Counted from the stretch's first letter, positions 1 through 10,395 are shown. The stretch: DNA of 64,000 bases from an uncultured Flavobacteriaceae bacterium (GCA_947501625.1 CANMWN010000001.1:381319-445318); one strand, 5' to 3'. Translations and numbers: made by a program. The notes: generated from the sequence alone by a model not told the origin.

Positions 1-23
1 GTACGTGTAATTTTTGATAAAAA

Positions 24-449
24 ATGTCTCAAAATTCTTCTGTAAAAATAACATCTAAAAAACTTGACTTACAAGTTTGTTATGACTTCGTTCATGATGC
101 TTCTTGTGGCGGAATTGCACTTTTTGTTGGTACTGTAAGAAACAAAACTCAAGAAAAAGAAGTTACTTTACTAAATTTTTCGGCATACAAAGAAATGGCT
201 ACCAAAGAAATGGAGAAAATCGCCATAAATGCTTTAGAACAATTTGACATTTTAAAAATTGCTATTCATCATGCTGAAGGCGAATTAAAAATTGGAGAGA
301 TTCCAGTAATTATCGCAGCATCTTCTCCACATAGAAAAACGGCATTTGAAGCCTGTCAATATGCAATAGATACTTTGAAAGAAACAGTACCAATCTGGAA
401 AAAAGAACATTTTATTGATGGCGAAGTTTGGGTAAATTCAACTCCGTGA
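24..449 (+). CDS. moaE: Molybdopterin synthase catalytic subunit MoaE
   Basis: 141 aa; aligns along its length with E. coli MoaE (..FxGxVRN....LxxYxxMxxK....., ..HRxGExxxGExxVxxxxxSxHRxxAFEAxQxxxDxLKxxxPxWKxE). Lies beside a Mo-cofactor gene cluster. Confidence 0.88.
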   Translation: MSQNSSVKITSKKLDLQVCYDFVHDASCGGIALFVGTVRNKTQEKEVTLLNFSAYKEMATKEMEKIAINALEQFDILKIAIHHAEGELKIGEIPVIIAASSPHRKTAFEACQYAIDTLKETVPIWKKEHFIDGEVWVNSTP

Positions 450-524
450 TATTTAAATTGAGTCAGTAACATATTTAAAAAACTAAACTGTAAAGATGGT
501 GTTCTATAATTATTTAGATAGTTT

Positions 525-594
525 TGTCATTCCTGCGAAGGCAGGAATCCATTACAAAGTTTGGGTTTAGATTCCTGCCTTCGCAGGAATGACA
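525..594. repeat. Compound inverted repeat: two copies of an 8-bp-stem hairpin (attcctgc-GAAG-gcaggaat) in opposite orientation, forming a 25-bp perfect inverted repeat with a 20-nt spacer
   Basis: tgtcattcctgcgaaggcaggaatc (525-549) is the exact reverse complement of gattcctgccttcgcaggaatgaca (570-594); each arm is itself a hairpin with a GAAG/CTTC tetraloop. Sits in the moaE-rluF intergenic region. Confidence 0.8.
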
Positions 595-614
595 ACTGAA
601 ATTAATATGACTTA

Positions 615-1340
615 ATGAAAGAAACACGAATAAATAAATATTTAAGTGAAGTTGGTTATTGTTCAAGACGTGCTGCTGACAAGTTGATTGATCAAGGACG
701 TATTAGCATTAATGGGAAAATTCCTGTAATGGGAACAAAAATTACCGAAAATGATGAAGTAAGAGTTGATGGGAAATTAATTTCTGAATCCAACGAAAAA
801 CCTGTCTATATAGCCTTTAATAAACCCAAAGGAATTGTTTGTACTACCGATACTAAAAGAGAACGAAATAATATTATAGATTATATCAATTACCCTTCGC
901 GCATTTTCCCAATTGGAAGACTAGATAGACCAAGTGAAGGCTTGATTTTTTTAACCAATGATGGTGATATTGTCAACAAAATCTTACGCGCACGCAACAA
1001 TCACGAAAAGGAATATATTGTAGCGGTCAATAAACCAATTACTAATGATTTTATAAAAAAAATGGGAAATGGCGTTCCGATTTTGGACACTTATACCAAA
1101 AAGTGTTTTATTGAGCAAACTGGTGAAAAACAGTTTAGAATTATTTTGACACAAGGTTTAAATCGACAAATTAGAAGAATGTGTGAGCATTTTGACTACC
1201 GAGTTACAAAACTAAAACGAACTCGAATCATGAATGTTAATTTGGATATACCAATTGGAAAATGGCGTGATTTGACTGCAAAAGAACTTAAAGAAATTAA
1301 TCGATTAACTTCAGATTCAACCAAAACACATGACAGTTAA
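615..1340 (+). CDS. rluF: 23S rRNA pseudouridine synthase, RluF/RsuA family (S4 domain + PseudoU_synth_2)
   Basis: 241 aa; near-colinear with E. coli RluF (RLNKY.SE.G.CSRR.AD..I..G....NG; FPIGRLD..S.GLIFLTN.GD.VNKILRA.N.HEKEY.V.V.KPIT..FI..M..GVPIL; [34 protein letters not shown]). Confidence 0.9.
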   Translation: MKETRINKYLSEVGYCSRRAADKLIDQGRISINGKIPVMGTKITENDEVRVDGKLISESNEKPVYIAFNKPKGIVCTTDTKRERNNIIDYINYPSRIFPIGRLDRPSEGLIFLTNDGDIVNKILRARNNHEKEYIVAVNKPITNDFIKKMGNGVPILDTYTKKCFIEQTGEKQFRIILTQGLNRQIRRMCEHFDYRVTKLKRTRIMNVNLDIPIGKWRDLTAKELKEINRLTSDSTKTHDS

Positions 1341-2529
1341 ACTCGGTTTAAAAGAGAATTGGAAACAGTTTACAATTCTCGTAATTGTCAATGCTTTTGT
1401 TGGAGCAATGGTTGGTTTAGAACGTACTATATTTCCTAAATTCGCTGAACTAGAATTCGGAATTTCTTCGAAAACTGCTATTTTATCTTTTATCGTTGCT
1501 TTTGGAATTTCTAAAGCCATTACCAACTATTTTACAGGGAAACTCGCCAATAAATATGGTAGAAAAAACTTGTTGATTATTGGTTGGATAATTGCGCTAC
1601 CTATTCCTTTTATTTTGCTGAATGCAACTTCATGGAATTGGGTTGTTTTTGCGAATGTTTTATTGGGAATTAATCAAGGATTGACATGGAGTAGTACCGT
1701 TGTTATGAAAATAGATTTGGTGGGTGAAAAAGATAGAGGTTTAGCCATGGGAATTAATGAATTTGCTGGTTATTTTGCTGTTGGTATTGTTGCTTTTTTA
1801 ACAGGGATTATTGCTCAAGAATATGGTATAAAGCCATTTCCATTTTATTTAGGAATCGGTATTTCAATTATAGGATTATTGACTTCTATTCTTTTTGTAA
1901 AAGACACACGAAAGTTTGTGAATATTGAGCAACAAGAATCTAAAAACGAAACGTTAAATAATGTCTTTATTGAAACTACTTTTAAAGACAAAACTCTAAG
2001 TTCAATTACGCAAGCAGGATTAGTCAACAACCTAAATGACGGAATGATTTGGGGAATTCTACCTATACTATTGTTTGCTTTGAATTATGACACTAAAAAT
2101 ATTGGAATTATCGCAGCCATATATCCCACAGTTTGGGGAATTGGACAGTTATTTACAGGGGAAATGGCAGATATATATTCAAAAAAAGCAATGCTCTTTT
2201 GGGGAATGCTACTACAAGGATTTGCGATAATATTACTTCCTTTTCTTACAAAATTCTACCAACTTGCAATTATTTCTGCAATATTAGGTTTTGGAACTGC
2301 ATTGGTTTATCCAACTTTTTTATCGGCTATTGCAAATGCTACTTCTCCAAATCAGCGAGCAGAAAGCATTGGAGTTTTTAGACTTTGGAGAGATTTAGGT
2401 TACGCTATTGGCGCAATACTATCAGGAATTATTGCTGATATTTATGGAATAGAAAGTGCAATTATTAGTATTGGAATATTAACTGTAATTTCTTCAATTG
2501 TCATAAAGTTGAGAATGAAAGAAGTTTAA
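1330..2529 (+). CDS. MFS-type transporter
   Basis: 399 aa, about 12 predicted TM helices, typical MFS loop motifs (G.N.FAGY, DIYSKK). Start overlaps the rluF stop by 11 nt; the true start may be a downstream Met. Confidence 0.7.
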   Translation: MTVKLGLKENWKQFTILVIVNAFVGAMVGLERTIFPKFAELEFGISSKTAILSFIVAFGISKAITNYFTGKLANKYGRKNLLIIGWIIALPIPFILLNATSWNWVVFANVLLGINQGLTWSSTVVMKIDLVGEKDRGLAMGINEFAGYFAVGIVAFLTGIIAQEYGIKPFPFYLGIGISIIGLLTSILFVKDTRKFVNIEQQESKNETLNNVFIETTFKDKTLSSITQAGLVNNLNDGMIWGILPILLFALNYDTKNIGIIAAIYPTVWGIGQLFTGEMADIYSKKAMLFWGMLLQGFAIILLPFLTKFYQLAIISAILGFGTALVYPTFLSAIANATSPNQRAESIGVFRLWRDLGYAIGAILSGIIADIYGIESAIISIGILTVISSIVIKLRMKEV

Positions 2530-3623
2530 AATCTTAAAACTCCACCTTCTAAACTCAGCACATTTGTTTCAGGATACTTTTCTTTGAATAACAACGTTGC
2601 CATCATGCTAGTATTCCCACGATTGCAAACCATTATATATTTTTTAGAGATATCTTGAACCCCTTCTAACCATACATCAATATCATAAAAAGGTACATTT
2701 TCATCAATTTTAAATGGAACTTCTGGTTCATCGTCAAGTACTGAAACGATTTTTATTGCATCTCTATTTTCAGAAAGCAATTCTTTAAAGTCAGTTTGAG
2801 AAATGATTAATTCTTCAGGAGTTTCAGGTATTGTATTTTTATAACTCTCTTTTTCAAAATCCAGTGAAATCTTTTGTTTTGTAGCAATATTCTTTGGTTT
2901 TAATTTCATTCGATATTGAGAATTATCCAAACTATTGTAAATTAATAATTCGTTAATAATTGGTTTTCCAAGTTCAGTAATAATCTTAAGCACTTCATTA
3001 GCTTGCATTAAACCAATAATCCCAACAATAGAATTGAGCGTTCCTAATTCGGAACAATTTGGAATACTTGTAGTAGGAATTTCAGGAAAAGCATCTCGAA
3101 GATTGGCAGTCCTATCACCATTTTCATTTAAATAATTAAACGTTGCTACATAGCCATCAAACTTATATAATGAACCATAAACAAGGACCTTATCTTCTAA
3201 TACACATGTATCGTTCAACAAATATTTAGTAGGCAAATCATCAGTACAATCTAGGATAACATCAGCACTTGAAATTAATAATTTTACATTGTCTTTAGAA
3301 ACCATTTCGTTAGAAAAAGTTACTGTTACTAAAGGTGAAATAGATTGAATATAGTTTGATAAAACTTCAGCTTTAGATTTTCCAATATCCTCAGTTTTGT
3401 AAAATACTTGACGATGTAAATTACTAACATCAACGGTATCAAAATCAACTAAATGAATATTTCCAATTCCGCTTCCTGCAAGGTAAACTGCCGCAACTGA
3501 ACCTAATCCTCCGCAACCAACAATTGTCACACTTGCTTTTTGCAATCGTTGTTGACCTTTATCTCCCAGTTCTTTGAGTGTAGTTTGTCTTTTATATAAA
3601 TTTTTAGCAGAAATCATTTGCAT
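2526..3623 (-). CDS. moeB: Molybdopterin-synthase adenylyltransferase MoeB/MoeZ (ThiF domain + C-terminal rhodanese domain)
   Basis: 365 aa; ThiF/E1 nucleotide-binding fold (VTIVGCGGLGSVAAVYLAGSGIGNIHLVDFDTVDVSNLHRQ) and a C-terminal rhodanese-like segment with an active-site Cys (YIMVCNRGNTSM). Confidence 0.82.
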   Translation of the reverse strand: MQMISAKNLYKRQTTLKELGDKGQQRLQKASVTIVGCGGLGSVAAVYLAGSGIGNIHLVDFDTVDVSNLHRQVFYKTEDIGKSKAEVLSNYIQSISPLVTVTFSNEMVSKDNVKLLISSADVILDCTDDLPTKYLLNDTCVLEDKVLVYGSLYKFDGYVATFNYLNENGDRTANLRDAFPEIPTTSIPNCSELGTLNSIVGIIGLMQANEVLKIITELGKPIINELLIYNSLDNSQYRMKLKPKNIATKQKISLDFEKESYKNTIPETPEELIISQTDFKELLSENRDAIKIVSVLDDEPEVPFKIDENVPFYDIDVWLEGVQDISKKYIMVCNRGNTSMMATLLFKEKYPETNVLSLEGGVLRF

Positions 3624-3806
3624 TTACTCCAACATCATGTTTCTAATTGCCAAAACTAACATTACAAAACCAGCAATAAAAAAAACAAAACCAACAAGTG
3701 CTTGCCTTTTACTTTTCACTTGATCTTTTACAAATCGCATTGTAAAAGTGTTAAACAATACAAGTATTATTCCAACACTCATACATAAAAATCCTATTGA
3801 TAACAT
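3624..3806 (-). CDS. Small two-TM membrane protein, hypothetical
   Basis: 60 aa with two hydrophobic helices; tightly packed between moeB and the DinB-like gene (no gap), which suggests translational coupling. Confidence 0.35.
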   Translation of the reverse strand: MLSIGFLCMSVGIILVLFNTFTMRFVKDQVKSKRQALVGFVFFIAGFVMLVLAIRNMMLE

Positions 3807-3815
3807 ATTAATTTT

Positions 3816-4262
3816 TTAATTTAAAATTTGTTTAAGATGATGTTCCAAATGATTCACATAATCATTAATCCAAAATCTCATAGTCTCTGGTTCAGTATCC
3901 TTATAAATGATTATTTTATAATCTAAAACTTCATCCGTATAAGTTTCAATTACTTTTAAAATTCTTGTATTTAATGATATGAAAAAAGACATTAGTTCTT
4001 CTATGTCTGCATTTTGATAATCATTAGCATCAACCAATTCTTCTTGAGAATAGTGACATAATATATATGGCTTTTCGGCAAATTTAATTTCAGTAAATCT
4101 TTGTAAGTTATATACTCCTGAATCAATCAAATGCCCTAAAATCTCTTTTTTTGACCATTTTTTTTCTGATGGCTTATGGGAAATTTTTAACTTGTTTTCT
4201 GTGCTAAAAAAAGTTTCTAATGAGGTTAATAAACTTTTCATTTTAGTAATATCTTCTATCAT
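3816..4262 (-). CDS. DinB/YfiT-like (DinB_2 superfamily) putative metal-dependent protein
   Basis: 148 aa; H..D...Y...R...I and a C-terminal HLEHH histidine cluster typical of DinB_2 four-helix-bundle proteins. The family assignment is tentative. Confidence 0.4.
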   Translation of the reverse strand: MIEDITKMKSLLTSLETFFSTENKLKISHKPSEKKWSKKEILGHLIDSGVYNLQRFTEIKFAEKPYILCHYSQEELVDANDYQNADIEELMSFFISLNTRILKVIETYTDEVLDYKIIIYKDTEPETMRFWINDYVNHLEHHLKQILN

Positions 4263-5389
4263 AACAATTCCTTCTTAGCCTTTTCATAATCTTCAGGCGT
4301 ATTAATATTCTGTATATAATAATTTTCTACCTCAACAATTTCTACATCTGAATTTATTAGTACTTTTCTCGGACAAGAATAGCCTTGCGATAAATAATTC
4401 AACAAAATTGGATATGCTTTTGGTTCCCAAATAGTAATTAATGGTTCAGGAAATTCACTATCTTTTCCTTTGAATGCTGTTGCTATTTTCTTCGGGTTTC
4501 GATGTTTTAATAAATGATGAATCATTTTTCTATTTACATAAGGCAAATCCGTAGCAATTACAAACCAAGCAGTATTAGGATTTTCCATAAAAGCAGAACA
4601 AATACCACCAAAAGGACCTAAATCTTTAAATTTATCTGTTATAATATTTCGAGAAGCATTGATGTCTTCTCTTACCGACAAGTATACTCCTTTTTGTTCT
4701 TTATTGTAGTGTAAAAATATACGACTTAATTGCTCATATAAATATTCACTTTGAGGTTGTCCATGATATTCCAACATTGATTTATCAGTTCCCATTCGAG
4801 TACTTTTTCCTCCTGTCAAAATAAGTGCTTGTACTGGCGGAATTTCTTCTGCTATCAATCGATTGATATGAATAGAAATTGCTTCTACATCATCAATCAT
4901 ATAACATTTTAGGTTTTCAATAGTAGGAAATTTTTCAATCAAAAAGTCAAAATACTTGGAGTCTTCATTCATCTTAATGACAAACTGTATATTATTCAAT
5001 TGATCTAACCTTTTTAATACTGATGCTTCTTTTTCATTATCCAAAATCAATACCTGCTTTTCTGCTTGATAATGATTTCCGTTTACACACACTAAATCAT
5101 ATTGATTGAACTGAATTCTGGCATTAAATTTATTTAAAAGAGTTTGAGAATTTACATCTAAATTTCCTGAATGATGAAATGTAAATATATCTAATTCAGG
5201 CGCAACAATTTCATCATTATGACTTGCATCCAAATATGCAATTTTTGTTGTTTTTTGCTGTTTTTTAGCAATTTTTTGAACTAAATCGGTAATTATTGAG
5301 CATTTTACACCCAAAAATGCAATTTCGTTAGTTGCATATATTCCGTTGTTTCTACGTACTAATTTTGTATGTTTTTGGTGTTTACTCAT
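4259..5389 (-). CDS. mobA: Molybdenum cofactor guanylyltransferase MobA domain protein with a ~190-aa N-terminal extension (possible degenerate MobB-like domain)
   Basis: C-terminal half matches MobA (LILTGGKSTRMGTDKSMLEY.G.P...; DLGPFGGI; ATDLPY; NINTPEDY). The N-terminal half has no clear P-loop. Confidence 0.6.
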   Translation of the reverse strand: MSKHQKHTKLVRRNNGIYATNEIAFLGVKCSIITDLVQKIAKKQQKTTKIAYLDASHNDEIVAPELDIFTFHHSGNLDVNSQTLLNKFNARIQFNQYDLVCVNGNHYQAEKQVLILDNEKEASVLKRLDQLNNIQFVIKMNEDSKYFDFLIEKFPTIENLKCYMIDDVEAISIHINRLIAEEIPPVQALILTGGKSTRMGTDKSMLEYHGQPQSEYLYEQLSRIFLHYNKEQKGVYLSVREDINASRNIITDKFKDLGPFGGICSAFMENPNTAWFVIATDLPYVNRKMIHHLLKHRNPKKIATAFKGKDSEFPEPLITIWEPKAYPILLNYLSQGYSCPRKVLINSDVEIVEVENYYIQNINTPEDYEKAKKELL

Positions 5390-5859
5390 TAATTTTTAAT
5401 ATCAGATTTTCCTCCTGTTTTCTCAATCAACTTCACCTCTTTAATAACCATTTTTTGTGAAATAGATTTACACATATCATATACTGTTAGTGCAGCAACA
5501 TTTGCACCAGTTAAAGCTTCCATTTCTACACCAGTTTTCCCTTCAATTTCTACCGAACAATTAATTTCAATTTCCTCTTGATTGATGATTTCAATATCAA
5601 TATCAACTCCTTGAATTAGTAAGGGATGACACATTGGAATTAAGTCTGAAGTTTTTTTCACTGCTTGAATACCTGCAATAATAGCAGTTTGAAAAACTGG
5701 GCCTTTTTTTGTTAACAATTCATTATTTTCAAAATGAGAAATTACTTCACTTCCCAAAAACATAGTTGCTCTCGCCAACGCTTTCCTTTTGGTGATTTTC
5801 TTATCACCAACATTTACCATTTTAGGTTGATTCTTTTTATTTATATGTGAAAAATCCAT
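5389..5859 (-). CDS. moaC: Cyclic pyranopterin monophosphate synthase MoaC
   Basis: 156 aa; MoaC signatures (MVNVGDK..T.R.A.A; TGVEMEALTGANVAALTVYDMCK). Confidence 0.88.
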   Translation of the reverse strand: MDFSHINKKNQPKMVNVGDKKITKRKALARATMFLGSEVISHFENNELLTKKGPVFQTAIIAGIQAVKKTSDLIPMCHPLLIQGVDIDIEIINQEEIEINCSVEIEGKTGVEMEALTGANVAALTVYDMCKSISQKMVIKEVKLIEKTGGKSDIKN

Positions 5860-5884
5860 TTAAATAGTTTTAAGTCTTGAATGC

Positions 5885-6241
5885 TTAGTTTTTAGTTAGA
5901 TTCTGTTGAGACGTTTTAACTATTGATGTTAATATTCTTATCAATTCATCAATATCCAAAATTAAAGGTTTAACATCTAAATTTGTTAATTCACTTCCTT
6001 CTAATAAACGTAACCAATATTTTGTCTCTCTTGCTTCTTTTGAAGAAATTGACATTTTAGCCGTAAAATCTCTTTTACTTTGTCCTGCTAAAGCCTCTTC
6101 AATATTTGCTCCAATTGAGGTTCCACTTCTAAGTAGTTGCTTTGATATGATATATTCTTTTTCAACTAATAGTTTTTTATAAAGCGAAATTATTTTAAGT
6201 GAAAATTGAAAACTTTTTTCTTGTACAATACTATTCTTCAT
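5885..6241 (-). CDS. Four-helix-bundle protein (TIGR02436 / 23S rRNA intervening-sequence protein family)
   Basis: 118 aa; the characteristic ..Q..RS..SIGANIAEA.......DF..K..IS.KEA.ET.YWL.LL pattern. Embedded in the Mo-cofactor operon between moaC and moeA. Confidence 0.6.
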   Translation of the reverse strand: MKNSIVQEKSFQFSLKIISLYKKLLVEKEYIISKQLLRSGTSIGANIEEALAGQSKRDFTAKMSISSKEARETKYWLRLLEGSELTNLDVKPLILDIDELIRILTSIVKTSQQNLTKN

Positions 6242-6264
6242 AACTCAAAATTAAACACTTAAAA

Positions 6265-7449
6265 TTAACAACTCCGATATTTAATTACTGGAAAAATTGC
6301 TCCTTCTTTAAACTCACTTTTTTCTGCAGGTAATTCTATAAACGCATCAACTTCTACTAAATTTGCCAAATCTCCTGAACCCTTTCCAGCAATAGGAATT
6401 GCATACATACTACCGTTCCTGTATTCTAACTTCACTTGCATAAAATATGTCAATGCAGGTTTAAAGGTAATATCATTTGCAAGAATTGCAAGGTTTTTAT
6501 TTTCAAGATTTAACCCCAAAGATGTATCTAACCAAGGATAAAAATATTTTACACAACTCACAAAAGTAGAAATCGGATTTCCAGGAAAAGCAAATACAAT
6601 GGTGCTACTTCCCCTTCTCTTTTTCCCATCCTGTTCACTCATACCAGAAGTGGCAGTGTCACCGAACCAAAAAGGTTTTCCCGGTCTTTGTGCCACTTTA
6701 TGAAATAGTTTTTTAACTCCCAATTCATCTAACACTTCAGGAATAAAATCAAACTTCCCTTTGCTCACTGCACCGCTAAAGAGCAAAACATCATAATCAG
6801 ATAAAAAGCCTTCAATCTTTTGTTTCAGTTCATTTTTATCATCCGTAATATGAGCAGTGCCAGCAATAATATCTTTCTTTTTTAACAAAGAAACTAAGGT
6901 GTGAACATTTGATCTACGTATTTGATATTCTTTTGGTATTTCAGAAACCTCAACCAATTCATCACCTGTAGAAACAATCATTACTTTAGGATTTTTAGCC
7001 ACTCTAACTTTTGATTTCCCAACAGTTGCCAACACACCAATTTCGGCAGAAGAGATTAATGTATTCTCAGTTATAAGAATATCGCCTTTATTCTTATCAT
7101 TTCCTTTTTTGTGAATGTTTTTATAATAATCAATCGTATCAATATTGACAGTCGCTTCTCCATTTTCAATAGTTACTTGCTCGTAAGGAATTACAACATC
7201 ACAATTTTTTGGCAATATTGCTCCTGTCATTACTTCGATACAATTTTGACCATTTTTTAAAGTCAGTTGCTCGCTTCCAGCCGCTTGAATCCCTTCTATT
7301 TTAAAAATTCTTTGTCCATCAAAAAAAGAGTTGTGTGAGATCCCAATTCCATCCATTGAAACTCTATTGAAAGGAGGAAAATCTCTATCAGCATAGATAT
7401 TTTCTTTTAACACTCTTCCTAAAGAATTGGCAAAATCAACTTCTTCCAC
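6265..7449 (-). CDS. moeA: Molybdopterin molybdenumtransferase MoeA
   Basis: 394 aa; MoeA architecture (MDGIGI; GAILP.N.D.VI; ST.GDEL; GKP...G), ending with a MoeA_C-like domain. Confidence 0.85.
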   Translation of the reverse strand: MEEVDFANSLGRVLKENIYADRDFPPFNRVSMDGIGISHNSFFDGQRIFKIEGIQAAGSEQLTLKNGQNCIEVMTGAILPKNCDVVIPYEQVTIENGEATVNIDTIDYYKNIHKKGNDKNKGDILITENTLISSAEIGVLATVGKSKVRVAKNPKVMIVSTGDELVEVSEIPKEYQIRRSNVHTLVSLLKKKDIIAGTAHITDDKNELKQKIEGFLSDYDVLLFSGAVSKGKFDFIPEVLDELGVKKLFHKVAQRPGKPFWFGDTATSGMSEQDGKKRRGSSTIVFAFPGNPISTFVSCVKYFYPWLDTSLGLNLENKNLAILANDITFKPALTYFMQVKLEYRNGSMYAIPIAGKGSGDLANLVEVDAFIELPAEKSEFKEGAIFPVIKYRSC

Positions 7450-7515
7450 ACCGTAATTTTGGGTGTGGTTTAGAATTATTTCAAGGGCTTTATGTGTGGT
7501 TGTTAGTTTGATTTA

Positions 7516-7788
7516 TTATAAATTTATATATCCAAAAAACGCAAAATAGATACTAAAAACAATTCCTGTTAAAGTAATCATCCATGAATATTGTTTAAGT
7601 CGTTTAATACTCCTCAAAATAAAGAATAAAACTAGAGTTATAATCATTATTAGAGGTTGAAAAATAAAAATTGCCAACCCACCTAAACCAACATTTTCAG
7701 GTTGATTTTTACTTGCAATGATTATACTAATAAAAGCCATAATAATCAAAACAGTAATGTTATAAATAATATTATTAATTTCTTTCAT
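7516..7788 (-). CDS. Small membrane protein, hypothetical (start trimmed to the internal Met to avoid overlapping moaA)
   Basis: The listed ORF 7516..7863 overlaps the moaA 3' end by 68 nt. An internal MKEINN start at about 7788 gives a 90-aa three-TM protein directly after the moaA stop. Confidence 0.35.
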   Translation of the reverse strand: MKEINNIIYNITVLIIMAFISIIIASKNQPENVGLGGLAIFIFQPLIMIITLVLFFILRSIKRLKQYSWMITLTGIVFSIYFAFFGYINL

Positions 7789-7795
7789 AATTATT

Positions 7796-8785
7796 TTACC
7801 CTCCAATAGTTGACATACTTTCAGAAACATCAGAGTTACGTTGCTTTTCAGCCACAAAACCATCTTTGGGTTTCTTGGCTACTATTGATAAGAACAGTTT
7901 TTTTAAATCTTCATTTGATGCTCCGTTTCTAATAAAGTCTCGCACATTAAAAACACCATCATCAAACAAACAATTCTTAAATATTCCTGTTGCAGTAATT
8001 CGAATTCGATTACAATCTCCGCAAATAGTACGCGTAAATGCAGGAATAATTCCAAATGTTCCTGTATAGTTATTCACTTTAAAATTTCGAGAAGTGGACG
8101 ATTTACCATCAACCAATTTCTCAATATTGTCGTATTTCGTTTCTATTTCTGATAAAATCTTATTGTAATCCCAAACATCTTTTTCTTCTTTCAAACCAAC
8201 TCCATTAAACGGCATTTCTTCAATAAACCGAACAGCAATATTTTTATCTTTGGTCAATTCAACAAAATCTGCAAGTTCATCTGTATTAATTCCAGATTGC
8301 ACGACAACATTCAGTTTTAAATTAATATTACTTTTTTCAAGCAGTTCAAGCGTTTCATAAACTTCATCAAAAACATCTCTTCGAGTAATATCAGCAAACT
8401 TCTTTTTATCAAGACTATCAATACTTAAATTAATTGATTTAATTTTTAATCTTTCAATTGTTTTTATGTGTTTTCTTATTAAAGCACCATTGGTTGTAAT
8501 ATTGATTTCGTCCAACAAATCGTTGAAATCCAACATTTCTAAGAATTTTACAAAGTCTTTTCTTACAAATGGTTCGCCTCCAGTCAATCGCACTTTATTA
8601 ACTCCCAACTCACTCAACACGCGAGTAATACGATACATTTCTTTATAAGTCAGCAACTCTTTTCTATCAACAATATTAATTCCTTGTGCAGGCATGCAAT
8701 ATTGGCAACGCAAGTTACAACGATCGGTAACTGCCAATCGCAAATAAGTTATTTGTCTACCAAAATTGTCTATTAACTGATTCAT
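7796..8785 (-). CDS. moaA: GTP 3',8-cyclase MoaA (radical SAM)
   Basis: 329 aa; radical-SAM CNLRCQYCMP motif, a C-terminal GTP-binding region and a C..C.R.R.T..G C-terminal Fe-S cluster. Confidence 0.92.
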   Translation of the reverse strand: MNQLIDNFGRQITYLRLAVTDRCNLRCQYCMPAQGINIVDRKELLTYKEMYRITRVLSELGVNKVRLTGGEPFVRKDFVKFLEMLDFNDLLDEINITTNGALIRKHIKTIERLKIKSINLSIDSLDKKKFADITRRDVFDEVYETLELLEKSNINLKLNVVVQSGINTDELADFVELTKDKNIAVRFIEEMPFNGVGLKEEKDVWDYNKILSEIETKYDNIEKLVDGKSSTSRNFKVNNYTGTFGIIPAFTRTICGDCNRIRITATGIFKNCLFDDGVFNVRDFIRNGASNEDLKKLFLSIVAKKPKDGFVAEKQRNSDVSESMSTIGG

Positions 8786-8789
8786 TTTT

Positions 8790-10058
8790 CTATTTAATTC
8801 TTGAATTAATATAATCCAAAATTATGTTCGTTGCTCCTATATTTTGAGAAATAAAATTCTTCGTTATTTCTCCTTTTTTAATCCTATCATCAGCATCAGT
8901 AAATAATTCTTTTAACTGACCGTCAAATTCTTCTTTGCTATACACCACAAAACAACCTCCTTCATTCACCAATTCAACTGCTTCTCTAAATTTATCGTAT
9001 TCTGGGCCTATAATTATTGGAATTCCAAAAGTTGCTGGTTCTAAAATATTGTGTAATCCTGTTTTAAAGCCTCCACCTACATAAGCAATATCGGCATAAC
9101 TATAAATCTTGGTGAGGATTCCAATAGTATCAATAATAAAAACTTGTGAGTTTTTTAAATCTTGATTTTCTTTATCGGAAAACAATACAGTTTTTTTATT
9201 AAGACTATTCTTTAATTCACTTATTTCTTTAGCATCAATATTGTGTGGCGCTATAATAAATTTCTCATCTTCTGATGCTTTGTTATTTATGTAATCTATT
9301 ATTAATTCTTCATCTTCTTTCCAAGTGCTACCTGCAACAAAAGTTAATTGCTGTTGTTTAAACGTTTCTATATAGTCAAGATGATTGTTTTGTTTGGTTA
9401 TTTCATAAACTCTATCAAAACGTGTATCGCCGCTCACAGTAACATTATGAAATCCAATGGATGCCAATAGTTTTTCAGAATTGATATCTTGAACAAAAAA
9501 GTGTGAAAAATTTTGCAATGAATTTCGCATCCACGAACCAAAGGGTCTAAAGAAAGATTGACTTTTTCTAAAAATTCCTGAAACTAATATGGTCTCAACA
9601 GATTTTCTTTTTAGTTCCTTTAAAATGTTAGGCCAAAATTCATATTTGACAAAAATGGCAATTTCAGGATGCACTAAATCAATAAATTTTATTGCATTAG
9701 ATTTAGTATCTAACGGCAAATAACAAACAACATCAACTTCATCATAATTCTTTCGAACTTCATAACCAGATGGCGAAAAAAATGTCAGTACAATTTTATG
9801 ATTACTATATTCTTTTCTAATCTTTTCAATAATTGGCCTTCCTTGTTCAAATTCTCCTAATGAAGCACAGTGTATCCAAATTACTTTATCGGTCTTAGAA
9901 ATATTTTCAATTAAATTCTGAAATGTATCTTTTCGTCCTTCAACAAAAAGTTTAATTTTTTTATTGAATCGCGCTATAATTTGAAGAAAAAAACGAGCAA
10001 TGGAAACAATTAAATTGTACAAAAAATACATCATACAACAAAGGTACGAAATAGGCAC
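8790..10058 (-). CDS. waaA: 3-deoxy-D-manno-octulosonic acid (Kdo) transferase KdtA/WaaA
   Basis: 422 aa; N-terminal WIHCASLGEFEQGRPII..I and a C-terminal GT-B domain (GGSF...GHN..EPA..G.P...GP) typical of Kdo transferases. Sits 4 nt upstream of moaA. Confidence 0.7.
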   Translation of the reverse strand: MPISYLCCMMYFLYNLIVSIARFFLQIIARFNKKIKLFVEGRKDTFQNLIENISKTDKVIWIHCASLGEFEQGRPIIEKIRKEYSNHKIVLTFFSPSGYEVRKNYDEVDVVCYLPLDTKSNAIKFIDLVHPEIAIFVKYEFWPNILKELKRKSVETILVSGIFRKSQSFFRPFGSWMRNSLQNFSHFFVQDINSEKLLASIGFHNVTVSGDTRFDRVYEITKQNNHLDYIETFKQQQLTFVAGSTWKEDEELIIDYINNKASEDEKFIIAPHNIDAKEISELKNSLNKKTVLFSDKENQDLKNSQVFIIDTIGILTKIYSYADIAYVGGGFKTGLHNILEPATFGIPIIIGPEYDKFREAVELVNEGGCFVVYSKEEFDGQLKELFTDADDRIKKGEITKNFISQNIGATNIILDYINSRIK

Positions 10059-10112
10059 AAAAAAACTCCCAAACTTTCGTTTGGGAGTTTCAATATTTTA
10101 ATCTTTTATTTC

Positions 10113-10373
10113 TTAAGCCTCAAATGGAACTATAGAAACATATGATCTATTATCTCTTTTCTTAGTGAATTTCACTACACCATCAACCTTAGCATGTAAA
10201 GTATGGTCTTTTCCCATATATACATTTTCGCCTGGATTGTGAGTAGTACCTCTTTGACGGATAATAATGTTACCTGCCATAGCAGCTTGTCCTCCAAAAA
10301 TTTTAACTCCTAAACGTTTCGATTCTGATTCTCTACCATTCTTCGAACTTCCGACTCCTTTTTTATGTGCCAT
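10113..10373 (-). CDS. rpmA: 50S ribosomal protein L27
   Basis: 86 aa; [28 protein letters not shown]....G.II.RQRGT..H.G.NV..GKD.TL.A is the canonical bL27 sequence. Confidence 0.95.
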   Translation of the reverse strand: MAHKKGVGSSKNGRESESKRLGVKIFGGQAAMAGNIIIRQRGTTHNPGENVYMGKDHTLHAKVDGVVKFTKKRDNRSYVSIVPFEA

Positions 10374-10395
10374 TTTATTACGGTTTTAGTGTTAA

